A stretch of 54,288 bases of DNA from a bacterium (GCA_021817785.1 JAKAFY010000008.1:1-54288); one strand, 5' to 3'. Counted from the first letter of the stretch, positions 37,574-46,863 are shown. The notes: a model not told the origin generated them from the letters alone. Program-made: numbers and translations.

Positions 37574-39037
37574 TTATTTCCCGATGTGAGAATCTTTCTG
37601 TCGGCAGGCACACGCGGGATCTACGGAGTAGACCTTTACCCAACCGTATTTTTTTATAATCGTTGTCGCGAGGGTCGTGCAGAGCGGGGCGAATGATTGT
37701 TGTGATGCAAAGGATTGGAATCTCCCGGCTCCGACTAAATTTGTATCGAAATAATCACGTGTCGTCGCGCTATATGAATCGATGAGCACGAGATGCTGCT
37801 GGGAAAGTGACTTGTTTGCACACACTGCATCGTAAACAGATGTATAGCGGAATACGAACGGAAAACGAAGTGCGTTATTTCCTGTGTAATACGAAAGTAT
37901 CCAGGGATGGAGATGATATACCGACGTTCTCACAAATATCTGTTTGAGATAATCAGCTTCATATCGGACTTCTGCGCGATAATATTTATTGAACGCGTTC
38001 GTCGATACTTGCGGGATGACGGGAATGCGCAGGAGCATGAACATTCCCAACACGGCAGCACTAAAGAACAGGGGTATGACTCGGTGTTTCTTCTGCAATA
38101 CACGGATAAACCAAAAAGACAGTAGGTACACCAACCACAATATGGGATAACTGTACCGGTCTTCCGTCTCCGGAAACAGGACGTGCGAGACTGTATACAA
38201 CGTAAGATATAGCGTCATGATGACATATTCTGTGTATCCGCGTTTTATAAAATAAAATGCACCCACACACATCCAGAGCAACACACCGGGCCAAAGGAGA
38301 AAATGCGGCGGCATCGGCGCTCCTAACGGCAATACTTCAAATGTTCGGCGAAAAAAATGCATATCGGGAATTTGTGTGGCTTTAAAACTGATTTCCGCCG
38401 TAAAGATATTATGTATCCCCACAACCAACACCCAATACAGTACGTTGGTGCCGATGGTAAGAAGCTCATAGCGGATGTATTTCCACCGCTTGTATACAAT
38501 GTCCGCCACCAAAAACGACACGGAAAGGAGCATTCCTTCTACCCGCACGAAAAAACTGATTCCCGCGAGAAGTCGCGCAGCCACTGGTCGCTTATTGATT
38601 TCCAGCCAGAAAATAACAAGCGTCAGAAGCGTAAATGCGGGATTATTTACCACGCGCAGATGTGTGAGGTATACATAGATATTGGTTATAAATAGCGCAA
38701 ATAGGACAATGGCGTGGTCTCCGTAATACTTCTTGGCTATGCGCCAAAACAGATACGCCGAACATGCAAACTGCAGGATGTTCAGCAGTGCGGCGCCCGT
38801 AATTCCAGGATAAGGCAGGGGCAATAGTTTTTCGCACACGGCGACAACCAGTGGCCAGAAAGGCGGAATTTGAAAATTTCGCGGATGCAGCGCAAGAATA
38901 TCCATCCCTTCGGGCAGATATCCGAAAAAATCCGCGTCCACAACCACAAAATAATTTCTGTGGATTATCAGAAACGTGGTGATAAGCACCAGTACACAGA
39001 TAATATATGCGTTGATATGTTTTACTATTCTACCCAT
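37574..39037 (-). CDS. large polytopic membrane protein (possible GT-C-like glycosyltransferase)
   Basis: 487 aa with at least 10 TM segments followed by a soluble C-terminal part. No definite family recognised. Confidence 0.4.
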   Translation of the reverse strand: MGRIVKHINAYIICVLVLITTFLIIHRNYFVVVDADFFGYLPEGMDILALHPRNFQIPPFWPLVVAVCEKLLPLPYPGITGAALLNILQFACSAYLFWRIAKKYYGDHAIVLFALFITNIYVYLTHLRVVNNPAFTLLTLVIFWLEINKRPVAARLLAGISFFVRVEGMLLSVSFLVADIVYKRWKYIRYELLTIGTNVLYWVLVVGIHNIFTAEISFKATQIPDMHFFRRTFEVLPLGAPMPPHFLLWPGVLLWMCVGAFYFIKRGYTEYVIMTLYLTLYTVSHVLFPETEDRYSYPILWLVYLLSFWFIRVLQKKHRVIPLFFSAAVLGMFMLLRIPVIPQVSTNAFNKYYRAEVRYEADYLKQIFVRTSVYHLHPWILSYYTGNNALRFPFVFRYTSVYDAVCANKSLSQQHLVLIDSYSATTRDYFDTNLVGAGRFQSFASQQSFAPLCTTLATTIIKKYGWVKVYSVDPACACRQKDSHIGK

Positions 39038-39098
39038 ACAACTGGTATTTCATGTGTGCTCCGGCATACGGGTGTTATCCGGAGTTTTTATATATATT

Positions 39099-40184
39099 TC
39101 AGAATTTGATTATAAGCATTCCCGGCGCATAAAAGTGATACTGTACGATGACGGCGGTATTTATACAATACAGACAGAAAACGATTGCAAACGGCACGTA
39201 CTTCCACTTCCCAGCAAGCCACTCAAATGCCGCGGCATACAAAAATAGCAGCCCTATGCCAACAATCTGTAAATTTCTGACATGTAATACGGGCACCAGC
39301 ATATTGACCACATACGTGCTATACAGCGACAGCGCGGCCAGCACCACGGGCGGCACGCTCCACCATCCGCGTTTTTTGTGATAAAGCAGCACACTCCCGC
39401 CGATACATAACAGCGAAAGGAACAGCACAAAGAATTCCTGTTTATGCGCCGCTCCCAAAAAATACGGAATAAAAAATGAAGGAACGGTATATGGCTGTAT
39501 CCACGCAATACCCCGTATACCCGCCCCGATTTCCCAGTACGGAAGCCACGCTGCCGCATATACAACGATGCTTATTAGGAGAGGTGGCAGGAACCCTTTG
39601 TGCATTCCGACGCGCTGCTGGAGCCGGGGTAACATCCATATCAACAACAGTAGGCAACACAGTGACCCGGCATACCATACGAATCCATAGTCCAAAAATA
39701 ATCCGACGACATGGACGATCGCAAAAGAAATCAGTACCGGTAAACTGGCGTCCAGCGTCAGAAGATACAGTGATGCAAGCATCAGTGTCACCAGCGCGGT
39801 ATACGGGCGGATCTGCCAGTCAAAAATGACACTGTATCCGGATACACTATACGCCAAAAGCAGCATGGTGCCGTATCGCTCCGACAGGTACCGCCTCCCC
39901 AGCGCGTACAATAACAGGGCATTGACGACATACAGGACCAGGGTACTTGTCCGTAGTCCGATTGCAGATGTCGAACGGATGACTGCGGACCATGTTTTAA
40001 GAAACAGTGAATATCCGGGGGGGTGCGTTACATTGATCGCCCCGGAAACGATAGTCGATACTGGGAGTTCCATATAGCTTACGGAGTCCCGTTCATCTGC
40101 CCATAACGGCAGCGCTACGACAAGATACATCCGCACCATGAGTCCAATCAAAATAATAAGCGCTATGCCAACATACCGCATCAT
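39099..40184 (-). CDS. polytopic membrane protein, ArnT/PMT (GT39/GT83)-like candidate
   Basis: 361 aa and multi-TM, with an acidic first-loop motif LWADERDS as in GT-C enzymes. Confidence 0.45.
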   Translation of the reverse strand: MMRYVGIALIILIGLMVRMYLVVALPLWADERDSVSYMELPVSTIVSGAINVTHPPGYSLFLKTWSAVIRSTSAIGLRTSTLVLYVVNALLLYALGRRYLSERYGTMLLLAYSVSGYSVIFDWQIRPYTALVTLMLASLYLLTLDASLPVLISFAIVHVVGLFLDYGFVWYAGSLCCLLLLIWMLPRLQQRVGMHKGFLPPLLISIVVYAAAWLPYWEIGAGIRGIAWIQPYTVPSFFIPYFLGAAHKQEFFVLFLSLLCIGGSVLLYHKKRGWWSVPPVVLAALSLYSTYVVNMLVPVLHVRNLQIVGIGLLFLYAAAFEWLAGKWKYVPFAIVFCLYCINTAVIVQYHFYAPGMLIIKF

Positions 40185-40265
40185 CTCACCATTGTACTAT
40201 TCCGCGTGTGTCCCATAACACCTCGGCATTGTAAACCGCGCCTGCCGTGTTGCTATACTATATTT

Positions 40266-40763
40266 ATGAAATATCAGGAAAAGAAATACCTCGTCGACAC
40301 GCTCACGGAAATCCAATCAGCACTCGTCAGCAGACACGCGCAAAAGGAACCGGAGATCGTCTCCACTCATTATTATGCCCAACATGACGGGAACGATGTC
40401 GTCAAACTCGTATCGTTCAGGGATAAAAACGAGATTCATGTGCTCTCAGAATCACAGGGAAAATATACGCTCAACGCACGCATCCCCGTTTCGGATATCG
40501 ACGCCGGACTATCGTGGCTTAAACACAAAGGATATGCCACGGTCAATATCGTTACCATGTCCCAAACGGATTATCAGTACAAAAACGGTATTGTCGGGTT
40601 GTACGTGATAGACGGCAATCTATGTTCCGTCATTCTGGACTTTCCTGCGGGGAAGCACGAAGAGATTGCAGCGGAATTTGGGCTGGATCCCGCCCGAACG
40701 ATCGCTATCCCCTATAACAAACTACTCGAGTCGATGGGAAAATTGAGATCCAAAACGCTGTAA
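40266..40763 (+). CDS. CYTH-like domain protein (CyaB/thiamine triphosphatase fold) candidate
   Basis: 165 aa from ATG 40266 (MKYQEKKYLV...). The N-terminal E-K-K pattern and the beta-rich layout suggest a CYTH domain. This call is weak. Confidence 0.4.
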   Translation: MKYQEKKYLVDTLTEIQSALVSRHAQKEPEIVSTHYYAQHDGNDVVKLVSFRDKNEIHVLSESQGKYTLNARIPVSDIDAGLSWLKHKGYATVNIVTMSQTDYQYKNGIVGLYVIDGNLCSVILDFPAGKHEEIAAEFGLDPARTIAIPYNKLLESMGKLRSKTL

Positions 40764-40859
40764 CACCCTGGGACACGGGGACGGCAACACCCCGCTTCGC
40801 ATCCACTGAAAGAATATTCCCCCCGCCGTTGTATTACTCACAGAAAGGGGGTGAATACG

Positions 40860-41213
40860 ATGAAACTATCTACGATAACAGTAGCCATTACCGCGCTCGC
40901 ACTGGGCGGCGCTTTACTCTATCCTGGCGTGGCTCTCGCCTATCGGGGAGACCCGAATATCAAAGGTCCGAACTACACGGAGGAACGCCATACGGCCATG
41001 GAGCAAGCCTTTGCGTCCAACGATTACAGCGCATGGAAAGCCCTTATGGGCAATCGCGGTCGGGTGACACAGGTGATCACCGAAGACACATTTGCACAAT
41101 TTGCAAAGGCGCATGAACTTGCTGAAGATGGACATCCGGAGGAAGCGGCTGCCATCCGGCAGGAACTTGGTTTGGATATGCATACCGGCACGGGAGGAAT
41201 GAGAAATAGATAA
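40860..41213 (+). CDS. small secreted hypothetical protein
   Basis: A signal peptide MKLSTITVAITALALGGALLYPGVALA is followed by a helical acidic domain. A G-rich SD lies upstream of ATG 40860. Confidence 0.5.
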   Translation: MKLSTITVAITALALGGALLYPGVALAYRGDPNIKGPNYTEERHTAMEQAFASNDYSAWKALMGNRGRVTQVITEDTFAQFAKAHELAEDGHPEEAAAIRQELGLDMHTGTGGMRNR

Positions 41214-41317
41214 CGCACAAACCGCATACGCCGCATCCTTCATGACTTCGGGGATGCGGCGTATCGGAACAGGGATGAAAGAAATCCCGGAACCCGGGTG
41301 TATTACAATAACACAGT

Positions 41318-41863
41318 ATGCCGACCAAACAATCCATTTCCGATGAGGCACTGGTAATCGAGACGCGGGCACGAAACAAGGAACGGTATGCCGTCCTGGT
41401 AAAACGATATGAGGAAAAACTTATGCGCTACGCGACCTACATCGTCCGCGACCCGCAAAATGCGCGGGACGTCGTGCAGGAATCGTTTATCAAAGCCTAT
41501 ATCAACCTCAATGCATTTGACGCGACCAAACAATTTTCGAGCTGGCTGTATCGCATCGTACACAACGAAGCATTAAATAGCGTGAAAAAACATCACAAAG
41601 AAATCCATGCGGCTTGGGACAAAGATTGGGAAAGCGAAGAAAATATAGAACATGAGTTTACAAAAAAAGAACTCATTGCCCGCATTCACACCTGCCTGTA
41701 TGCCATGCCCGTGCTATACAGAGAACCGTTATCCCTGTACTATTTGGAGGATAAGTCGTATGAAGATATCAGCGACATCCTGCGGCTTCCCATGGGGACC
41801 GTTGCCACACGTATAAACCGCGCGAAAGCGCGTATGAAAATCATATGTCAAAACAATCCATAA
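41318..41863 (+). CDS. ECF-type sigma-70 family RNA polymerase sigma factor
   Basis: 181 aa with region 2 (DVVQESFIKAY...WLYRIVHNEALN) and region 4 (SYEDISDILRLPMGTVATRINRAKARM). Confidence 0.85.
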   Translation: MPTKQSISDEALVIETRARNKERYAVLVKRYEEKLMRYATYIVRDPQNARDVVQESFIKAYINLNAFDATKQFSSWLYRIVHNEALNSVKKHHKEIHAAWDKDWESEENIEHEFTKKELIARIHTCLYAMPVLYREPLSLYYLEDKSYEDISDILRLPMGTVATRINRAKARMKIICQNNP

Positions 41864-42345
41864 CGATTACCGATTCCGTCATGCATACGATCCGCGCTCG
41901 GAGGGTCTCTATGCGTCCGCGTATATACTTTATCGCCGGGTCAGTCCTTATGATTTTTGGCGTTGCCGCCTCTATCGCAAGTTCCGTATTCCTCATAAGC
42001 CTCATGCGCTTCCTGCTGAAAACCCATGGACCCATGGGGGCCTACCGCCTGTCGCAACTCCTATCCGCATTCCCCTGGTGGGCCCCTGTGCTTGCTGCAT
42101 GTACCATCATTTCCGGGATTCTGATGCTCAAACGATATGACTTTTCGTACAAACGGAATTTTTTGTTTATCAGCATCGGGTTTGTGCTCGCGGTTATCGC
42201 TGCGGGGTGGGTTATCGATGCAGCAAACGTGGATGCCATTTGGTTCCGCCAGGGTCCCATGCGGGGCATTATGCGCCAATATATGCAGCAAACCAGTGCC
42301 CCCTTTCCCACCGGCCCAGGCATGCACAGACCAGTCTCCCCTTGA
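41845..42345 (+). CDS. membrane protein, possible anti-sigma factor
   Basis: 166 aa with 4 TM segments. It overlaps the end of the ECF sigma gene by 19 nt. The role is inferred from position only. Confidence 0.4.
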   Translation: MSKQSITITDSVMHTIRARRVSMRPRIYFIAGSVLMIFGVAASIASSVFLISLMRFLLKTHGPMGAYRLSQLLSAFPWWAPVLAACTIISGILMLKRYDFSYKRNFLFISIGFVLAVIAAGWVIDAANVDAIWFRQGPMRGIMRQYMQQTSAPFPTGPGMHRPVSP

Positions 42346-42371
42346 CAATATATTAGTATTTGCTAATATAT
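42342..42371 (+). promoter_or_regulatory. promoter with palindromic operator for the first ArsR cassette
   Basis: TTGACA (42342..42347), 16 nt, then TAATAT (42364..42369), with the ATG at 42376, so the mRNA would be leaderless or nearly so. A perfect inverted repeat ATATATTAG-N6-CTAATATAT spans 42348..42371. Confidence 0.55.
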
Positions 42372-42375
42372 ATGC

Positions 42376-42642
42376 ATGACCTACGATATCTATGCCGCCT
42401 TCGGGAATGAAGTCCGCGCCAAACTCATTTTGTGTCTTGCCAAAAAAGCAAAAAATGTCACGGAGCTTATCAAAACATGTAGTCTGTCCCAATCCGCGGT
42501 ATCGCAGCATCTCCACAAACTGAAACAATCCGGCATCGTGAAGACAAAAAAAGAAGGGAAAACCGTCTGGTATTCGTTATCAAATAAAAAAGCTGTTGAT
42601 ATCAGCACATTATTAGTACAACTTTCAAAGGAGGTACGATGA
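42376..42642 (+). CDS. ArsR/SmtB-family transcriptional regulator
   Basis: 88 aa with a winged HTH (VTELIKTCSLSQSAVSQHLHKLKQSGIV). Confidence 0.85.
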   Translation: MTYDIYAAFGNEVRAKLILCLAKKAKNVTELIKTCSLSQSAVSQHLHKLKQSGIVKTKKEGKTVWYSLSNKKAVDISTLLVQLSKEVR

Positions 42643-43265
42643 ACATCGCCTATTTCAGGAAAAGCACATTTGACCGCAAACAAACAGTAGACAACGTCCG
42701 CACGCAGGCCCAAAAGTTCGGACTTACCGTCTTGGGGACTACGGAACTGCCGGGTGGAAACGGTACGATTCTTCATGTCTGCAATCCGACTTGGATGGGC
42801 AATCTCGTAGCCTCAGATGCAAATCTTCTGGGATTGTTACCATGTGCTATTGCAGTCCTCACCAAAAATGATGAAGTGAGGATCGGCGTCGGCAGCCCGA
42901 CGGTACTCGGAAGTATTTCCCAACACCCTGCCATTGCACAACTGGCCAGTGAAGCCGATAAAACACTCAAAGAGCTCATCCATGCGTCTGCCGGCGTCCA
43001 ACCGTTAAAACCAAGCGGCGTAAAATTATACTCCACCACGACCTGTCCCTACTGCAAAGCAGAGGCAGCCTGGCTGGATGAAAAAAAGGTGGCCTACAAA
43101 GAAGTCCACGTCGACCTGGACCAAAAAGAGGCGGAAGATATGGTGAAAAAAACCGGACAAATGGGAGTACCGGTCACCGCCATACAATACGAAGGAGGCG
43201 AGGAAGAATATATTATCGGATTTGACCGCGCACACCTTACACAAACATTGGGGATTACCCCTTGA
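42639..43265 (+). CDS. DUF302 domain fused to a glutaredoxin/NrdH-like domain
   Basis: 208 aa. The N-terminal ~125 aa are DUF302-like (TILHVCNP...LLPCAIAV...VRIGVGSP). The C-terminal ~80 aa form a thioredoxin fold with CPYC (KLYSTTTCPYCKAEAAWL...GVPVT). It has an ATGA overlap with arsR. Confidence 0.7.
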   Translation: MNIAYFRKSTFDRKQTVDNVRTQAQKFGLTVLGTTELPGGNGTILHVCNPTWMGNLVASDANLLGLLPCAIAVLTKNDEVRIGVGSPTVLGSISQHPAIAQLASEADKTLKELIHASAGVQPLKPSGVKLYSTTTCPYCKAEAAWLDEKKVAYKEVHVDLDQKEAEDMVKKTGQMGVPVTAIQYEGGEEEYIIGFDRAHLTQTLGITP

Positions 43266-43276
43266 AAGGAATATAT

Positions 43277-43483
43277 ATGACATTACGAAATGAAGGATCT
43301 TTGGATCGGATCATACGGATTAGCATCGGAATCCTGGCGCTTATCGGAGGATTTGTTTTCCTGTCCGGAGTTGCACAGACGGTCGCCTATGTCGTGGGCG
43401 TCATTGCGCTTGTTACGGGAATCATCGGCTTCTGCGGACTATATGCCATCCTTGGCATCTCCACCTGCCGAACAAAAAGATAA
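43277..43483 (+). CDS. DUF2892 (YgaP C-terminal-like) small membrane protein
   Basis: 68 aa from ATG 43277. N-E-G-S-LDRIIRISIGI is followed by two TM helices. Confidence 0.65.
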   Translation: MTLRNEGSLDRIIRISIGILALIGGFVFLSGVAQTVAYVVGVIALVTGIIGFCGLYAILGISTCRTKR

Positions 43484-43532
43484 CCTATGCTCCGGATTCG
43501 CAACGACGCGAGCATATGCGGGTTCTTTATTT

Positions 43533-43566
43533 AAGTATTGACTTAATTAAGTAAATACTTTATTAT
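43533..43566 (+). promoter_or_regulatory. promoter with 28-bp palindromic operator for the second ArsR cassette
   Basis: AAGTATTGACTTAATTAAGTAAATACTT (43533..43560) is palindromic except for one position pair. TTGACT (43538..43543), 17 nt, TATTAT (43561..43566), then 7 nt to the ATG at 43574, which implies a leaderless transcript. Confidence 0.6.
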
Positions 43567-43573
43567 ACCGCGT

Positions 43574-43900
43574 ATGGATATATTTTCTGCTCTCGCGGAA
43601 CCCACACGCCGAAACATTGTCGAGTTACTGGCTACAAGCGGCCAGATGTCCGTCTCAGATATCTGTGACAAATTCCCCATCAGTCACCCCGCGATTTCTC
43701 AACATCTCAAAGTATTACGCGATACCGACGTGGTTTCGGTAGAAAAACGTGCGCAACAGCGCCTGTATGCCATCAACCCGCTCGCGGTTGATGAACTTGA
43801 AGTGTGGATTACAAACATACGAAAACAATGGTCCGACCGATTGGACCGCCTGGATACGCTATTACAAAAAGAAAAACATAAACAACATTTACATAAATAA
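43574..43900 (+). CDS. ArsR/SmtB-family transcriptional regulator
   Basis: 108 aa with FSALAEPTRRNIVELL...SHPAISQHLKVLRDTDVV. Confidence 0.88.
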   Translation: MDIFSALAEPTRRNIVELLATSGQMSVSDICDKFPISHPAISQHLKVLRDTDVVSVEKRAQQRLYAINPLAVDELEVWITNIRKQWSDRLDRLDTLLQKEKHKQHLHK

Positions 43901-43909
43901 GGAGGGTCT

Positions 43910-44392
43910 ATGATGGATCCCAAAAAAGAATTATTGTTAACGCGTGAATTTGACGCGCCTCGGGAACTCGTCTGGAAAGCATGGACGGACCCCAAGCTCG
44001 TTGCCCAGTGGTGGGGCCCCAACGGCGTCACTATTCCCGTCTGCGAATTCGACGCGAAAGTCGGAGGTGATCTTCATATCGTTATGTTAGCCGGAGAAGC
44101 ACTGGGCCCCATGAAGGGCCAGCGCTGGCCGATGCACGGCACGATTACCGAAATGGTTGCGCCGGAAAAACTTGTATTCACTTCAACCGCCCTTGAAGAC
44201 CCAGATGGCACGCCGAATATGGAAAACATCGTTACCGTACTATTCGAAGAACGCAACGGAAAAACGATCGTAACCGTGCATGTCCTGGTCACTCACGCCA
44301 CAGAAAAAGCCGGGCCAGCACTCGCCGGCATGTCGATGGGTTGGAACCAACAGCTGGACAAGCTCGTTTCTTTGTATCATACATTTACCTAA
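43910..44392 (+). CDS. SRPBCC-superfamily protein, AHSA1 (Activator of Hsp90 ATPase homologue 1-like) domain
   Basis: 160 aa with LTREFDAPRELVWKAWTDPKLVAQWWGP. AAGGAGGG SD lies upstream. The ArsR plus AHSA1 pairing is common. Confidence 0.85.
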   Translation: MMDPKKELLLTREFDAPRELVWKAWTDPKLVAQWWGPNGVTIPVCEFDAKVGGDLHIVMLAGEALGPMKGQRWPMHGTITEMVAPEKLVFTSTALEDPDGTPNMENIVTVLFEERNGKTIVTVHVLVTHATEKAGPALAGMSMGWNQQLDKLVSLYHTFT

Positions 44393-44546
44393 AGACGGAT
44401 TCGATTCCACGATCATCCGGAGGTTGTTGCACGGAACGCGTAAGCTGCATGGAATACGCTTCCCGCATACTGTGCTTTGTTGACATGCTATAAAACATAT
44501 AGTACTCTATATTTTATAGTAGTCATATATCTGGTAGAATACCCAT

Positions 44547-45164
44547 ATGCCATACGATACACTCGCATCTCAGCATTCACTCGATACGACGGTTGCCGCC
44601 CTCCAAAAAAAGGGTGTGCAGGTTTATGTAGCAGATACGAAAGCCGCTGCACTCGACCTGATTAAACAGCTTATCCCCAAAGGGGCATCGGTGATGAACG
44701 GCTCCTCCAAAACACTGGAACAGGTAGGCTATGCGGAATACCTCAAAGAAGGAACGCACGGATGGGTAGATCTTCATAAATCCGTGACCGACGAACCGGA
44801 TGCCGCCAAAAGGGCGGAGCTTCGCAAAAATGCGATCACGTCAGAGTACTATCTTGGCAGTGTCCACGCGCTCACCGAACAGGGAGAGTATATCGTCGCG
44901 TCCAACACAGGCAGCCAGCTGCCCCACATCGCATTTACGTCACCAAATCTTATATTGGTCGTCGGAACGCAAAAAATCGTTCCATCCATGGCGGACGCGA
45001 TGAAACGCCTGGAAGAATACATTGTGCCGCTCGAAGACAAACATATGCAGGAGCTCTACGGCACGGGCACACAGCTTAATAAAATCCTCATCGTAAAAAA
45101 TGAAAACCCCATGCTTAAACGTCAGATCTATTGTATCCTCGTCAAGGAACCCGTCGGGTTCTGA
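44547..45164 (+). CDS. LUD-domain (DUF162, LutC/YkgG-like) protein
   Basis: 205 aa. GSVHALTEQGEYIVASNTGSQLPHIAF...LVVGTQKIV matches my memory of stand-alone LUD-domain proteins. Confidence 0.7.
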   Translation: MPYDTLASQHSLDTTVAALQKKGVQVYVADTKAAALDLIKQLIPKGASVMNGSSKTLEQVGYAEYLKEGTHGWVDLHKSVTDEPDAAKRAELRKNAITSEYYLGSVHALTEQGEYIVASNTGSQLPHIAFTSPNLILVVGTQKIVPSMADAMKRLEEYIVPLEDKHMQELYGTGTQLNKILIVKNENPMLKRQIYCILVKEPVGF

Positions 45165-45167
45165 TAT

Positions 45168-45188
45168 CCGGGCGTTCTCGGGTTTTTT
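45168..45188 (+). terminator. candidate intrinsic terminator after the LUD gene
   Basis: The stem CCGGG (45168..45172) pairs with CTCGG (45177..45181), including one G-U pair, around the loop CGTT. It is followed by G and TTTTTT (45183..45188). Confidence 0.45.
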
Positions 45189-45272
45189 CGCCGGCGGCAC
45201 CCTTCTTCGGCCCACTTCGTATTATTTCTAACAGACAGACACGGCAATCCGGAGTATGATCTGAGCCGACGT

Positions 45273-45821
45273 ATGAAACAGGCTTGCTGTTATTTCGCGG
45301 TGGCGCTGTGTGTCATCATCCTGGGTTCCCAGATATATATCATCAATCGTCTCAATACACAGACGAGATTCGCCCCTGAGGTATCTACCCTTCCCTCTCC
45401 TGTTTCCGCGGTCACACCTTTCGTCTCACTGACTCAGCCTACGGCTGCATCCCCATCAGGAGGACAGGAAGAACAACTCATCCTGAAACGGGAAAATCCT
45501 GCCGCCTGTTCGTTTACCGATGCTGCAGAATTTACCCTCGATACTTCCTATATGATTACCCGCATCCGCACCTGGTATTCCTGGGGACAAAATGAAGAAA
45601 ACACTCCGTACACCATTGTCCGGGACGACCGCACGGTCGCTTCCGGCACGCTGACGCGCAAAGATTGTGATCCCTATCAGCATCAGTGGTGTGTCGCTGC
45701 TGATTATGGATTCAATAAGCCGCTTACTGCCGGCACCTATGTCCTCAAAGTGCCCAAAGCCCAAATCTGCCAAAACAGCATGAGCGGAGGGAAAGGGATG
45801 ATTTACGTGTGGGGAAAATAG
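45273..45821 (+). CDS. hypothetical membrane-anchored or secreted protein
   Basis: 182 aa with an N-terminal TM segment (CCYFAVALCVIILGSQIYII), a Ser/Pro linker and a Cys-containing globular domain. Confidence 0.5.
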   Translation: MKQACCYFAVALCVIILGSQIYIINRLNTQTRFAPEVSTLPSPVSAVTPFVSLTQPTAASPSGGQEEQLILKRENPAACSFTDAAEFTLDTSYMITRIRTWYSWGQNEENTPYTIVRDDRTVASGTLTRKDCDPYQHQWCVAADYGFNKPLTAGTYVLKVPKAQICQNSMSGGKGMIYVWGK

Positions 45822-45965
45822 TCTAAATGTGCGACGATCTATCCCCGCTTCTTGTGTACACAAACTCCTTACTCCGGAAAAAGACAGGCTTCAATTCCTG
45901 TGTATGTTACTAACGAGTGGGTGCTATGCCGGAAATTATGCGTACTTTTGATATAATTCATCGTA

Positions 45966-46319
45966 ATGAATAGCCCCAAGAAAAATATCAGTGACATCCC
46001 CTCGGAACTCAATCACAAAGATACCACCCACAGGAAACGCCTTATCCGCGTAGATGAACATCACAAAGGGGATATCGCGACCATGAATTACGCGTGGCTT
46101 GAACCCGGCAAACAACTGGATACACACCTCCATTCCGACGGGGAGGAATTTTATTATTTTCTGGAAGGCTTCGGCACCATTCTGGTGGGCGACGCATGGA
46201 TCCCGGTTACACCAGGTGATTTTGTTACCATTCCCGTTGGCGCGCACCATAGTATTAAAAATACAGCCCAAAAAAATCTCGTATTCCTCACGATACGCAC
46301 CGTGGCATCTCCGTCGTAA
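45966..46319 (+). CDS. cupin domain protein
   Basis: 117 aa with the cupin motifs LDTHLHSDGEEFYYFLEG and VTIPVGAHHSIKN. Confidence 0.85.
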   Translation: MNSPKKNISDIPSELNHKDTTHRKRLIRVDEHHKGDIATMNYAWLEPGKQLDTHLHSDGEEFYYFLEGFGTILVGDAWIPVTPGDFVTIPVGAHHSIKNTAQKNLVFLTIRTVASPS

Positions 46320-46368
46320 CTTTACAGCGCATGAATATCATGGTATTGTAATTTATCTTACAAATACT

Positions 46369-46863
46369 ATGAATAAAAATCTGCTCATCGGCATACTTGT
46401 CAGTGTCGTCGTACTGGAATCCGGATATCTTCTCTATCGGCATTTCGCTAAATCACCTATCGCCATGGTAAACCAGGGCCGCCCGAATGCGGACGCATCA
46501 GGAGTGAGAAAAGACGGCCCCCAGGGCGCTCGCCCGGCTATGCTCAGAAAAGGTGACAGCCTCTCCGCATCCCCCATCAAACAATTTGCCTACCAAATTG
46601 CACCCGGAACCATATCCGATGCGGCCAAGCAAAAGCTTACGGGCTTTGCCATAACATCTATAACCAATCCGGATGGGTCTATAAGCGTCTCTCTGACCCC
46701 CAAAGACTCCGAAGATCAGCATCAGCAATACACGGTAAAAACAGGACAAGTGCTGTATTTCATCGAACAAACTCCGATGGACGACAAAGCGGATTCCGAC
46801 AGAGATCTAAACTACAGGGATGATTATGGCATCATCACCGATGCCAACGGCATCGTACAATAA
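46369..46863 (+). CDS. hypothetical membrane-anchored protein
   Basis: 164 aa from ATG 46369 (MNKNLLIGILVSVVVLESGYLLY...). The upstream 90 codons of track ORF 46099..46863 overlap the cupin gene in another frame and are discarded. Confidence 0.5.
   Translation: MNKNLLIGILVSVVVLESGYLLYRHFAKSPIAMVNQGRPNADASGVRKDGPQGARPAMLRKGDSLSASPIKQFAYQIAPGTISDAAKQKLTGFAITSITNPDGSISVSLTPKDSEDQHQQYTVKTGQVLYFIEQTPMDDKADSDRDLNYRDDYGIITDANGIVQ

Noticed and set aside
46099-46368. The first 90 codons of track ORF 46099..46863.
   Set aside because: They overlap the cupin gene in another frame. A membrane-anchor N-terminus begins at ATG 46369.
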